Program-made: the position numbers and the translations under genes
Assembly (NCBI GenBank): GCA_029717555.1
Contig: JAMDHS010000025.1
Span: 1-64,000 of the forward strand
Source of the DNA: Peribolospora baueri
Lineage: Eukaryota
Direction: 5' to 3'
DNA length: 64,000 bases
The notes under the pieces: generated by a model
Databases searched by the model: none
What the model was told of the DNA's origin: nothing
What the model saw: the letters and a program-made list of their open reading frames with translations, nothing else
In this document: piece after piece, positions 14,008 to 36,600 of the stretch
How positions within the stretch are numbered: position 1 is the first letter of the stretch
Layout: the number at the start of each line of letters is the position of its first letter

Positions 14008-14025
14008 ACGCGTTAATGGACGCGT
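14008..14025. promoter_or_regulatory. Pair of MCB (ACGCGT) elements upstream of the checkpoint gene
   Basis: ACGCGT at 14008-14013 and 14020-14025, just 5' of the minus-strand Rad9-like ORF. Confidence 0.45.
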
Positions 14026-14272
14026 CGGAGTGATCCTGACCCCGGGCAGTATCTTGCTCGACTGTTCTCCAGCAATAATATGGCGAAGGGTCGGGTCAGG
14101 TCACGAAGAGCACCTAAAAGGTTCTTCTTTGTTCATGTAATGCCGAACTTTGTCCGCAACTGATAATACTCGAGACTAATGAATTTCATCAACGGTTTTA
14201 GGAAAAGCGAACATTTCAGTTTCAGTTCAACGCGGGAAAATCACAACGAGACGATGACCGACGCCTTCACTC

Positions 14273-14337
14273 CATGAGCCACAACGCTTTAGAACCACAA
14301 CACTTTTGAACCACAACACTACATGAACCACAACGCC
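14273..14337. repeat. Four-copy ~16-17 nt tandem repeat (core GAACCACAAC) overlapping the Argonaute stop codon
   Basis: atgagccacaacgcttt / agaaccacaacactttt / gaaccacaacactacat / gaaccacaacgc. Confidence 0.85.
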
Positions 14338-17300
14338 TGCAGGGTCACGACAGCAAACAATCCGGCACGTCTGTCAACACGTCCTTCCAAACTTCAAGAT
14401 GAGGAAAGATCAGGGATGCAAGAAGAGATGACACGTACCTGGACGAAATTGGGGCCTGCGCCAAGCCGGTCGAGAATATTACGCATGTCAGCGTCGCTCA
14501 AGGGACCGGAGGGCTGCTTGCCCCCTTTGTGCTCCGAGTCGTAGTCGTGGTAGATAAGCGGGCGAGCCTGTTCAAAAGGAGCGAGTTCGTTCGACGACGG
14601 TCAAATCTCGTGCAAAAGTGAGAAACAAAACGCAAAGACTCGCTGACTCGCCTTTTCGCACAGGATATCGGCGTAGTAGGCAGGGGGGACGAGAGATACT
14701 GTGCGATCGAAGGCATCACGGACGCAATTCCGAGATAGTTAGCATGGATGGACAACACTGTCAAGTGTGAAGGTCTCTCAAACTAATCCAGGTTCTAACG
14801 TACCCGCCCTCGTCGCCCTGGTGTACGAATAGCACAGCGAATTGCAGAGGCGCTGCATTTCATCGCTCGTGAACTTGCTGTCGTTAACGAGACAGATATA
14901 CTTAAGGAAAGCGAAGAGGTTGGGTCAGCATCGGACAGTTATGGGTGGGAACGAGTGAGTACAGTCACTCACATGCGTGGGACGAGCGCTGGAATGCGTA
15001 CAAGAATGAAACACAAGCCCAAGCACGCGTTCAGAACCAAACGCTAAGTACGGTATGCCTGTCTCTCAATTTACTTACGTGCCAACGAGACCCTTGTTGG
15101 GAGAAAAGCGAGCTGGACGTCAGCGTCACGTCTCATTGAGAACGCCGTGATCCGAAGCTACTCACTCCGTGAGCTTGAAGGTAAAAATCGAATGCGAAAG
15201 GATGAACTATGCCGGTGTCGGCCCTGCGAGAAAGAAAAGAGAAAGCCATTAGCGACGTGCTCGAGCAGAGGAAGTCATTACCAGATTGATTTGCTGCGCG
15301 ACGCGCGGGGGAAAAACGTACACAGTGCCCGCGGGCAGATTGCCACTACGATCGTTTTCTCTCTCGTTCCTCGCGAAGAGGCGGATATGGTGCTGACAGG
15401 TACGTTAGGACACAGCAGGGTTTAGCACTTGAAACCTTCTTGCTCAAGGGAAACAGTCAGCGTAAGCTCACTCTCTTGCCGCAGACAATGTAGGTCAACT
15501 TGACATCGTGAGTAGGATCCAGCGCACGATAGGCAGCACGAATAGCTTTCACCTCCGTGTCGACAGCGAGGGCGTACTGACCCTCGCTCACTCCATCACG
15601 GAACATAATGATGGAGTCAGGCAGTCCTCTCGTATTGGCTTGGAACCTAGAGGCAATGAAGCAAAAAAAAAAGCGAGAGAGTCAAGCCTCGGTGTTTCCA
15701 TAGACGTCGTTGTGTAAGGCCTAAGTAGGAACCGATGGGCTTACTTTTTGAGGTGGGCGGTCATAATTTGTTCCATCTCCAAGATGATCTCCTGTGACGC
15801 CTTTCTGTCGGAGGGGTTCCTGATAAACAAGTTGCCAGTGGAAGCCTATCAGTCCTCCTCCTATCGCCTCCCACACTGACGGTCGGTGGAGCTTACCTCT
15901 GAGGGCGGACTTCCACGTTATACAGGAGCCTGTCCTTGTCAACCGTAGCCACGCTTCCGGCAATGCTGGGATAACCCGAGCCGGGTCCGGGATGGGTCAC
16001 GTCGGCGCCCACAAGCATCGTCTTAGCGTTGACCTTGGGCTGAAAATAGGAAAAAATGAACAGATCGTTCAACTGTCCAGTAGCAGCGAGCGACTTACAA
16101 GGTCCGAAGCTCCGATTACGACTCCGTTCGAGCCACCGAGCTGCGAGGCGAAGTTGCGAACGTTGCTCAGTGTCTATCCGCATTCGCAGTGAGGAGGACG
16201 CTCTAACCTTTGCGTTGATTTTCATGCAAATATTTGCTAGGTACTGTAACAGCGGATAGTGCAGTAAATTCAAATTTATGCAGTGTCCAAAGCACATTGT
16301 GGGTAAGGACACTGCTCACCTGCTCTTGTCCACGTTGGTCCGTTGCCTTGCGAGCTTGCATGCACTGAGTAAGGACCGGTATCTCAAGTTCGAGGCTGTC
16401 ATGGAACGTAGCAAGTCGCACATTAATCGTCAAACTCAGCAATACCCAGGAAAGCCGAAGCAAAGATGATGAAGAGACTGACGCTGAAAACGGGACAAAC
16501 GAAGATGGGAAATGAAAGCGTCAGTAAGTTTCGATTGACAACTACATGATACCGATAAATACTTACCCGCTTTTCTTTTGATGGACTCGTACGGATAAGT
16601 GTCCATGCTCGCTAGGAGACAGACGATCAATTGAGGGTATCTCCCTTGGAACTGCAATCAGAATTGAACCCAGGCGACAGAAGAAATGAAACAAGTAGCT
16701 TCACCCGCAAACCAAACCACCTTGCTGGAACTTACGGCGTTACGGGCAGCGTTGGCGACTTGCTCCAGGCAATTGGCGGGCGCAAAAGTAGCTTGACGGG
16801 GAAGAGGAGGAGTGACGTATGGCGCAACCGCCATGTCGATCCCATACCTATCCATCACTTTGGTGAGGGTACTGACGAACCCCTGAAGGACTGGCATAGG
16901 TTTGCCGCTGAAATCGACTACCGCCCAGCTTGTAAGGGTCTTACCCGGTCGGAAGAACACCTTATCCTTAAGATTCCAGCTCCTGTGCAAAGGCGAATGA
17001 AAGGGTGAGGTGAGAAAAAGGCTTGAGTGAACAAGGTGAAGTTTACTGCACACCCGTTCATAATCTGTGCTCTGGAGCTCCTGCCCTTGTAAGTGACCAT
17101 GGGCGGAGGCAAGACGCGGCCCCGGAGTTGCAGCTGCAAGACGGGCAAACGTCAGCAGACAGATGACGGGCTGTTCTCGCTTTAACTTCCACTCACCATC
17201 TCCGCTTCGACGTTGACACCCCACTGAGCAATCTTGTCATCGCCTTCATAGTTGAGATCGGAACGTATCTCAACGATCCTCCTTTGGCGATCAGCCGGAC

Positions 17301-19441
17301 GCTGTGCGGCTACTTTGATCATCTCGGCTGTCTGGATCGGTAGGAGACGCGTGGGCCCGATGGGCGCTCCGGGGACAACCTGCACAACCCGACGGTGAGC
17401 CAAGTCATATATGGGTGAGTAACGGATAAGCTCCTTCGCTTCAACTGCAAAAGATCGTGCCACGCCATTCAAAACTGACCTCAAGATGCTCAATGGGCAC
17501 CAGGTTTTTGGCGTTTCCGAGCTGAACGTCACAGCCGCAATTCCACACGTCAGTGAGCTAATTTCAGTCGAACGCACGTGATGGAGCTGTGACTTACCAT
17601 CACACACGGAAGGTCAGGGAACCTGACCTTTACATTGTACTTCTCCATGAAGTAGTTCTGGATGCTTATCTCCCTTCCATCACGCTTTTCAAACGTCCCC
17701 GTTGCGGGGATCGAAAAGCCCTTAAAGCGTTCGATTTTGTTGGTGTCCCTGAACACAACGTATCAAGGGGAAGAGCCCAAGGTAAGGTCTCAACGACCTC
17801 GAGGAGACAACTCGACTGCTTCTGCATACCTGTGCGTCACCCTCATCGGCGCGTCCCTGAGTCTCATTGCCAGGTCTCTCTTTTCAAAATCTGTAAGTGT
17901 GATTTCCTTCCGAGGTCCTCCCCGAGGTCCTCCACCTCTTCCGCCCCGACCTTGGTATGGACGGCCCCTTCCTCCGAAGCCTCCGCCACCTCCGCCGCCC
18001 TCAAGTCCGGCGTCGACAGGCCTATCCAACATCTTGGAGATGAGAGTCATCAGGCTTCCCGGAGAGAGAAAGGCCGAAAAGGCGACATCTGTGGGACAAG
18101 CAATGTTGGCGATAAGATTCACCATTTTGAGAGGCTTAAGAGGTCGGGAAGGACATCAGAACTCACCGACGTTCACCACAAGGCCGGACACAGTTGGACG
18201 AACAGATTGGAAGAGGCCTTTCCAAACCTCAGCGCCCCTAGAGATGGGCACCCTGGCTCGTGGGTCAAAGAAGCGGCGGCCGCCCGCACCGGCGACAGTG
18301 TATTTCTGTGCCGGAGCGTGACGAAGGCTATGAAGGAGAGGACGTGTCCAGAAAGCCAAAACGCTCAGAGACTAGAGACCGAGGAACCACATACGTCGAC
18401 GAAGAAGACACGTTCAACCCACAGGATGTCGAGCGCCTGAAGGCATGTGGCTACGCGCTCATTGACAGCACCACCGCCCGCCATGATCGTGCGCCTATCT
18501 GCTTTACAGAACAGGTCTAGCACGCTAAGGTCGATTTCTGCAACTTTGGTGATCGTCACGGCGAAGGTGCGCGAGCGAGGCGCGCGCCGGCGTCCCTGTT
18601 CCGCGAGGCCACCGCCTTGATGACCAGTCGTCGCCGAGTGTACTTCTTTTGGAGGGAGAGCTACGTCGAAAATCCTTCCGCCGTCAGCTCCAAACTCGGC
18701 GGGGAGGGCCAAAACGGTGTACGCGTTACGACGCCCATCGAAGGCAATGGAGGCGCCGATAGCCTTCGGCAGCTCAGTCGTGTTAAAGTGCTGGGCTATC
18801 AGGTGGTCCATGACCTCATGCGCGATCTTTGGGGGCAGGTCGAGAGTGTCTTTCCTGCTCAAAGCGGCAAAACCGTGATCAAGGACAATAGGGAAGACCG
18901 AAAAAAAAAGCCTACTCACGTATCGTCGCCTGTAGGCTTTATGACAACATCGTAGTGATACACTGTCATGCCATCGCCACCGCCATTGCCACCGCCGCCG
19001 TCACGACCGCCGTTTCCAGGACCGCCACGACCGCCACGACCGCCACGACCGCCACGACCGCCACGACCGCCACGACCGCCACGGCCGCCACGACCGCCTC
19101 CTCTGCCCGCGGCAGGTGCGGTGGGGGTGACGGCGCCAGCGAGAGTGACTCTGTACATATTGGCAATGAGGTCGATGGGACGGCCGGAAGTTCCACCGCC
19201 GTCGGGGCGAGGGGCAACATCTGATAACGAAATTAAAAAGGACCCGAAAACAAAACATCGGTGAGGCCTGAACGTCGACGTTGCAGGAGCGTTCCCATAT
19301 CGCGCCATGACCAGGGAGAGCGTCTCCTATGGAACAAAACCAACCGGTCAAAGCAATGCTACGTATTTCCCTCGCCTTCTCCTCGGCCTCGTCGGCCTTC
19401 CTCTGCCGCTCCAACCCGTCGAGGGACGTCGGCGCGGCCAT
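14319..19441 (-). CDS. Argonaute (QDE-2/Ago1 family), many exons
   Basis: N-domain RPDGGGTSGRPIDLIANMY, VYHYDV, AFDGRRNAY and GAEVWKGLFQSVRP. PAZ ISIQNYFMEKYNVKVRFPDLPCV. MID QYLANICMKINAK. PIWI GADVTHP, SQEII, MFRDGVSEGQY, HHIRLF, GNLPAGT, DFYLQAH, GTARPTHY, VSLVPPAYYADILC, and C-terminal ALWFM*. Confidence 0.97.
19021..19098. repeat. 9-nt coding tandem repeat (ACCGCCACG)n encoding an RGG box in Argonaute
   Basis: Seven perfect units plus one variant unit. The minus strand reads (RGG)8. Confidence 0.95.
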
Positions 19442-19954
19442 GTGGCTTGAGAGCGAAGAGCGAGTAAAAGGACGCGAGTCACTGAAAAAATTCAACTGCG
19501 GGGAGAGAGACCGCGGCAGGTACCAGTTTGTGGTGGTGGGGCGGAGGAAGGCGGGTCTTCAACGGGAGCAGCCTTTTAGTGCTTATTTTTTTAAAACAAG
19601 ATAAGCGCGCTGGGCGTAGTTGGCGATGCCCGCGCCCCATTGTTCCCGTTCGTCCATGCCAGCGTGCCCGTGTGAATAAGCAAGGGACCTGCCAGACAGC
19701 ACGTGACTGAGCCGAGCTCCGATCCATGGATAACCAAGATCTTTCGCACATACGCGTCTGGGACAGCACGTGAGAGCTCATCTCGATGAGGCAGAGGTCG
19801 AAGCGCAGCGCTCTTAGTCAGCAAGACTGGCTGGCGGCATGTCTCGTGATGCGCCCGTCGTTCTCAACGCCTCCCAAACTTTCTTGACCTTGCGCGCTGG
19901 CTTTCCATCCCACGCTCATCCACACAGGTAAGGAACGCTCCTGTTCGTGCAATT

Positions 19955-29517
<9,563 letters not shown>

Positions 29518-32271
29518 CGGCTGAGTTAGGTCGAATAGGGGGGGTACTCGCCTGGTCGGCGACGTCAAGGCCTGATTCGCGTGATCGTCATGGAAGGAAA
29601 GAAGGCCAGTCCTTTCCTCGCTTTGATTCAGTCCATTGGGCAAAGAGGGTGTCAGTCGGGCAACAAAAAGTGTTTCACCAAGGCGTTTTGACGGGTCGGT
29701 CAGACGAAGTGTATGTACATATGTGGTAGATAGACGCCGAGAGACGCCGAGGGTGAGACGGGTTTGGTTTGTACGATGATATCGCCGGGCTGGGGATGGC
29801 GTGGAGGAAGGAAGGAGGATGGAATAGAAGGAAAGGATCGTCGTTCTGGTCGGTCATAATAGGAATGAATGGATGAACACACAGATTCGTGGATGAAGGA
29901 AGACCGACTCGACTCGGACAAACATCCGATCTGCCCGGGCCGATCTCTCTCTTTATCTCTTTCTCTTCCCTATCGGGCACGTCCGACGTTACCGTATGTC
30001 GAGGATGGCGGACGGATGGAGGGATGGATGGATGTATACGTGCAGTGCGGCGCGGCGACCGGAAGGACAGGGATGGCCGTGCCGTGCTGAATCGGGAACT
30101 GCCGCTCGAAGGAAGGAAGGAAGGAAACGAACGAGGGCCGTCGGTCATCGTCGGTCGCCGTCGTCGGTCGTCGTCGTCGGGGCCTGAGATGGAACAGAAG
30201 AGAAGAGATGGCGGGAGAAGGTCGGTACGGTTCGGTTCGGTTCGGTCTCATTTATCGGCGACCCATCCGACTAGAGCGAGACGCGAGATGGGAGGGGGAA
30301 GATGATGGCGTGCCATATCGAGAGAGACAGAGACGAGATCGAGATTAGACGTGTTTCTAATCTGGATTGTAGTGTGTGTGTACGCAGACATATTGGGTGA
30401 CTGCGGTCGTCGTCCTTCTCTTCAGATCACATCCGTCCTCTCCGTCCGAAAGCGAAGGGCGTGGAAGAGGACACTCGACCGGGACGGCACGCCGGCAGCA
30501 TGGATGCTGCCTACGGAAAGCGTACGCGACGAGATAGATAGATAGCAAGCAAGCATCGTCGATCGCCGTCTAAGCATAGACCGACCGACGACGACGACGA
30601 CGGCAACACTCTGTTTCACCGCCAAGGGCGAGAGAGAAACCCATTTGGATCCGCCGATCGACGAGACGGCCTCGGCTCGGCGTTTTGTTTTTCCTTCCAT
30701 CGCTTCTTCCTCTGCTCTCCTCCCCGACGCTCGTCGGCACCCCGGCTCGTTTGTTTTTGTCTTGCACTCCGTCCATCTTCGTCTTCGCCGCCCTCTTTCC
30801 GCGCACGTATGTATGTATGCATGTATGTATGTACCCGGCCTGCCTGCTTGCTTGCTATTCACATCCATCCATATGAGCCATCGCTCCCCTCGCCCCTCTA
30901 GCGCGGGTGTGACGTGAACGGGAAGGACCGAATGGTCATTGTGACGGCGTCGTCGCGTCGCATGGCATGACATGTCATGCCATCGGATCGCATGCACTTG
31001 CTTGCTTGCTTGCGGGTGCGATGCAACTCTAACTAACTGCCTCGTGCGTGCGTGGTTTGCTTGGCGTGCAATGAAGGTCGTGTCATGTCGTGTCGTGTCC
31101 TTGCTTCGTTCCTTCCTTCCCTCGCTCCCTCACCACCCAGTTGGCCGGATCAGATCGCCGGCTGCAACGGACGTTTGTTTTCCCTCCCCCTCAATATCAT
31201 CTCATCTCACTCATCTCATCTCGCCTAATCAAATCCGAGGTCGGCCCGGCGTTCACTTAGTTTGTCCGTTTAGTCGGACTGCGGAAGGACGGAAGGAAGG
31301 AAGCAAGACAACGAAAGGAGGCGCGCATCCCCCTTCCTTCCTCCCTCCTCCTTCTCGCCTTGCTTCCTTCCACTCCATCTCACTCCATCTCCTCGTCTCG
31401 TCGCCCGCCACCCCACCTCGTTCCTCGCTCGTCCTCCCTCAGTCGGCACCGCTTCCCGCGCCACGCCACGCCATGTGTGCCAGTCACTCGCTACATGTGT
31501 GTGTGACTGTGGCCGGGGGGGGTGTGTGTGTTTGTGTGTATGTGAATGTATGTATAAATGATGTATGTAGCTAGATGGGATAAACGGACGATGAATGTAT
31601 GCGCTTTCCCGCTGTCCAAAGCAAAGTATCCATGGCATCGGCAGCAGCGAGATTGATTGATTGAGGAACGAGCGGAACGGTCGTCGTGCTCGTCTTGGCC
31701 GTCGCCGTGCCTGCCCGCCGCCTCCTCCACCCACATCTCTCTTTCCTCCATCTTTCCTTCCTCCCTTCACCATCACCACCCTTCTTCCTTCATCACCCTA
31801 TAATCCCCTCCAATAATCCTCCTAAACCTCCTCCTCCCTCCCCCCTTCATTCATTCTGGACCATATCTCCCGACGACCACCACAACCACTCCCACCCGGC
31901 CGCCCACCGTACCCATACCTATAACAATCCCGCCACCGCCAAGCCATCCCGCCTTTTTTCCCTTTCCCTTTCCCTTTCTACAACCCCTCCATCCTCCTCC
32001 CACCCTCGCTCTACCCTCTCTACGCCTCTGCTGCCCTTTCCTATCCCCCTTCCTTTTCCTTTTCTTTTTCTTTCCTTTTCCCTTCCCTCACCCTCTTTAG
32101 CTTGGCTGGATCCAACGATCTCTTCTTTCTCTTTCTTCACCTCGCCCGGCAGCACGGCATAGATTGCGCTCGACTTGGACTAGGCTCGACGGGCGTGAGG
32201 GACGTCTCTGTCAGTCGTCCCTCGAGCAGACCAGCAGACCCCAACTTCCGCACATCCCACCGCCTCCCACC

Positions 32272-33659
32272 ATGCCCGCCGACGATCCCAACCGCCTCAC
32301 CGCCCCACCGGTGCGCCTCCCTCCGCGCAGGGGCTCCGACTCGTGCCTCCCCTCCCGCTCCCGCCCTCACTTCATACACTTGCCCCCGCCCCCCACCCTC
32401 CTTCCCACTCTCGCCAACCGAGATCGACTCCGATCGCCGGCGGCCGCAAGGCGACGACCCGCGCCTGGCCTCGTCGACGAAATCGGCCAGGACAGCGATG
32501 GCGACGGCGACGCGCACGACCACGGCGTGGACGGTGGCAGTAGAGCCGCTGCCATCCGCCGATGGAACAAGGAGACCGCCGCCGCCGTCGCTGCTGCTGA
32601 TGCTGCTGCTACCGCCACCGCCGCCAGCACCGCTTCCAGGGCTCCCGATGGTCCTTCTTTCTCTTCAGGCGCCCCTGCGATCGGCACAGGCATGGCCACC
32701 GGCGGTGGCGCGCACCTACGCCGGGCGCGACTGCTTCATCATCAGCACTCGCGCTCCGACGACGATCTCCTTTCCGCACCCCCCGCTCACCGATACGCCC
32801 GTGACGCCGGCGGAGCGTCGAGGGAGCAGGAGCGCATGCCGATCCCCGTCATCGTCCAGGCAGATCAGCAGCGCGCCGAGCGACACCGTACCGGCGATGA
32901 GGGCCAGCCGAGCGACGCGCATGTCCGCATCGTCGTTCACGACCACCTCGACCTCGACCACCGCTACGACGACGTGCCGTTCGAGCGCGGCTGCGCCGCC
33001 GATCCCGCCGAGCGCTCCCCCTCGCCCGACCAGCAGCACCGCCGACACGCCCACTCCCCCTCCTCCCAATCCACCGCCACTGTCAGTGCCCGCCGTCGTC
33101 GCGGCGGGGGCGCGCCGCGCGATCGGGAGGTCGCCTGCGAGACCGTCTTCAGACGCTCGGAGCCTTGTGGGTGTGGCGGTGAAGGGGACGGGGACGGGGA
33201 GCACTCTCGACGCGACGACGATGAACAGGAGAAGGAGGAGGAGGAGGAGGGGAGCACGGACGGCTCGAACAGGTCTCACACCCCTCGGCTCGAGGGCATG
33301 GCGGCTCAAGTCGATGATGCCAAAGTGAATGTGGTCGACGCCGCGCGGTACCACCAATCTCATGTGCGGTGGGCCAGCGACGGCGCCGACGCCGACGTTT
33401 CCCGCAAGAGGTTCGCCATCGTCGGCGTGAGCGGTGGCGGTGGTGTGCCCGCGGACGACCACGACCTCTGTCCCGATCCTTTTCCGCCTCTGAGACAAGG
33501 TGCCGAACATGAACGACTCTCGCCCACCTCCGCTTCTGCTCCCGCCGCCCCCCCCCTCACCGCCGCTGCGACTGGGACGGGCCCCGAGACGTCCCAGTTT
33601 CAGCGGTTTCAAGTACCCTCGGCTGTCGCCACCACTGCCACCACCACCACCAGGACGAA

Positions 33660-33692
<33 letters not shown>

Positions 33693-36600
33693 CACAGCTA
33701 CGGCTACGGCTACGGCTACGGCGGCCGCCGCGGCGCCATCCTCTTCCCTCTCCGCTTCCGCGACTCCCTTTGCTCTTCATGGCGAGATGAACCGCCGGAA
33801 AGACTTTGTCGCCCCTTCCAACTCCACCCATGTCGCCCCTTCCAACTCGGCTCACGTCGCCCCTCCCAGCTCCGTTCACGTCGGCACGACCACCGCCCCC
33901 CGCGGCGACGGCACTTCGACGCCTGGATCGGTTAGCGTGCTCGTCGGCGACCAGTCTTACATGGACGCATCCAGCCTCACCGCCGGCTCTCCCACGCCGG
34001 ACTTTGCTTCCCACGGAACCGATCCTCTCGACGCCCGAGCCGGCGGCGGCGGCAGCAGCGCGCCTACTGCCACCGAGGTCATGGCCGCCATGAGCCTCAA
34101 CACCCGTCATGGTGTCGGAATGGCCATCTCGCCCGGCGTGTCCGCTGCCACGGGCCATGGCCTCGCGATCGGCGTCGGCGAGGTCGACGACAACGACCAC
34201 GACGGCGAGGAACGCCGAGACGGCAACGGCAACCGTGGCGCCGTTCGTTCGCGTCTGTCGTCCAGGCGCGGATCGCCTCCTCTCGCGCCCATCGTCGCCA
34301 TGGCCACAACCACCCGTGGCCGCGGACTCCCGGACGACGTTTTCGGCGGCGCCGCCGCCTCCGGCCATATCCCGCCTTTCCCCTCCGTCTCCGTCGCACC
34401 CGTCGACTTTGCCGCCCTCTCGGCCGTGCCGATGCAGCACACCCACACCACCACCACCCTCGCCGACATCGGACGCGCGGCCGCAACGCAGGTCGGCGAT
34501 GCCCAGGCCGCCGTCGGAATGGCGGCCCTCAGCGGCGGACTCGACCCGCTCGCCTCGCTCGGCACCGCCGCGGCCGCGGCCGGCGCGCTCCAGAGCGTCG
34601 TCAGCGCCGGCCTCAGCATGGGCCTCGGCGTCCCCGGCCTCGCTTCCCGGTCGGCCGTCTCCCCCTCCGCCGCCGCCGCTTCCCTTACCCTCCAACCTAA
34701 CCCCCATCCGCAAGCCCACCCGTCCGCCGTCGTTCACCCCAACGCTCACGGTCCTCCCTCTTCTTCTTCTCATACCTCCCCTGGCCCCCCCTCGCATTCC
34801 ACCCTCCACGACCGCGAACGCGCAGTCTCTGCGTGCTCCTCGCCCTCTCTCGGGGAGAGCCACCGAGTCAGCTTTAGTAGCGACTCGCTAGGCGGAGGCG
34901 GCCGGAGGAGTAGTGGCGCCGGCGCTGGCGCCGGTTTGGGTGTGACTGTGACTGGAGTGGCGGCGGTGAAGGGGCGCGATTTGGTGGACTCGCGCGATCA
35001 CGACGATGACGGGGACGAGGTGGACGCTGACGATGGCGATGGCGATAACGATGTTGGCTTGATACGGCGCAAGACGACGGGAGAGGTGCGCAACGAGGGA
35101 GAGCGCGAGCGTAGGTGGAGGTCGAGGGCGAGGGGCCTCAAGTCTCCCCTCGGTCGCTCCAACACTTTTTCCTCTGGATCCGCCTCCCCCGCCCTCCCCT
35201 CCATCCCCGGCACGCCCACCGTTCCCCACGACCCCTCGAGGAGCGCCAGCGGCCCCGGTAGTCTCGACGGAACCGGTGCTGGCGCCGCCGTCGGCGTCGG
35301 TGCCGGCACCGGAGCCCGATCCGGAGCCCAAACCCAAGCCAGCTTCGGGAGCGAGCACGAGGGCAGCGTGCCGGCTCTGCAACCGGACGAGTCGAGCACG
35401 GACGGGGACGAGAGCGGCGCCGCCGTCTTCACTCCCGGCACCTCCTCTCTCCGTCCCTCCTTCCCTGCCGTTCGCCCCGCCCTCAACCGGCTCGATAGCT
35501 CTCACGCCGTCGTCGGCGAAGGCGAAGGCGACGGCGACGTCGTCGGAGACGGAGAGCACTACGCCGTCGCTGGTCCCAAGTTGCCTCCCAATTTCGACCC
35601 TTGCCCCGCCCTCAGCGGCGGCCTCATGGGCGTCGGCAGAGGAGGCCATTTCGGACGAGGCGTGCGCGACAAGGTCGCCGACGTCCTCTCCCCCCTCATC
35701 CGCGACGTCCCGCTCGAACTCGACCGCGATGGAGAGGGCGATGGTGATGGCGGCGGATGCGAAGGCTTGACCATCGGCCTCGCCGAGTTTGGATGCCTCA
35801 ACTCGCGCTCCATGGAGCTTATGCCCGCCCTCATCTCCCACTTTGCCAAGCGTGATGAGCGGGATCGCAAGAAGGCGGCGGCGGCGGAGGCGGACAGCAA
35901 CGACGACGAGCACGAAGCTCGGCAGCAGCAGCAGGACTACTTTGGCAGGTCGGCCTGGAAGGCTCGTCACAAGACCACTAGTAGCTCCCGGCTCACCTTC
36001 CAGATCACCCACGAGGACTCCACCCAGGCCGACTTTCGGCCGCTCATCCAGACGCTCAACTCGCACCCAGAGTCATACCTCAACCCGCAATGGCTGAGCC
36101 ACCACTCGCCCTCGTTGACCAACCACGTCTTCCCTTCCATGGTCGCTCGCCCCTTTGCCTCGCGCGTCCTGCCGCCCAACAGCTTGCACGTCGGCATGTC
36201 CCTCATGGACCTCCATTGGTCTCACACCACCCGTGACCCCACCGAGTCCCTCGCCACCGTCGCCCACACCGAGCTCACCGCTTTCCTCACCGCCCGCGCA
36301 CAAGAGTTTAGGAAGGGCGGCGTCCTCGTCCTCGCCTTTATCGCCCGTCAGGACGACCCCGAGATCGGCTACCGGCCCCGCTCCACGGCGCACCAAGATT
36401 TCGGTGGTGGTGGTGGTCGTGGCGGCGCCCCTCCCGCTGCCGGTGGCCTCGCCGCACCCTCGTCCTTCACCTCGTCCATGCGAAGGCAGAGGTCCGGCTC
36501 TTCCCCCGCCGCGCATCCCCCACCGCCTCAGCGGTACGGCCCGGACCTCTGGACGACGCTGAACAACACCTTGGCACCGTGCATCCAACGTCTGGTATCG

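Noticed and set aside
14273..14337. CRISPR-like reading of the short repeat array
   Set aside because: Eukaryotic context, units of only ~17 nt, no unique spacers and no cas genes.
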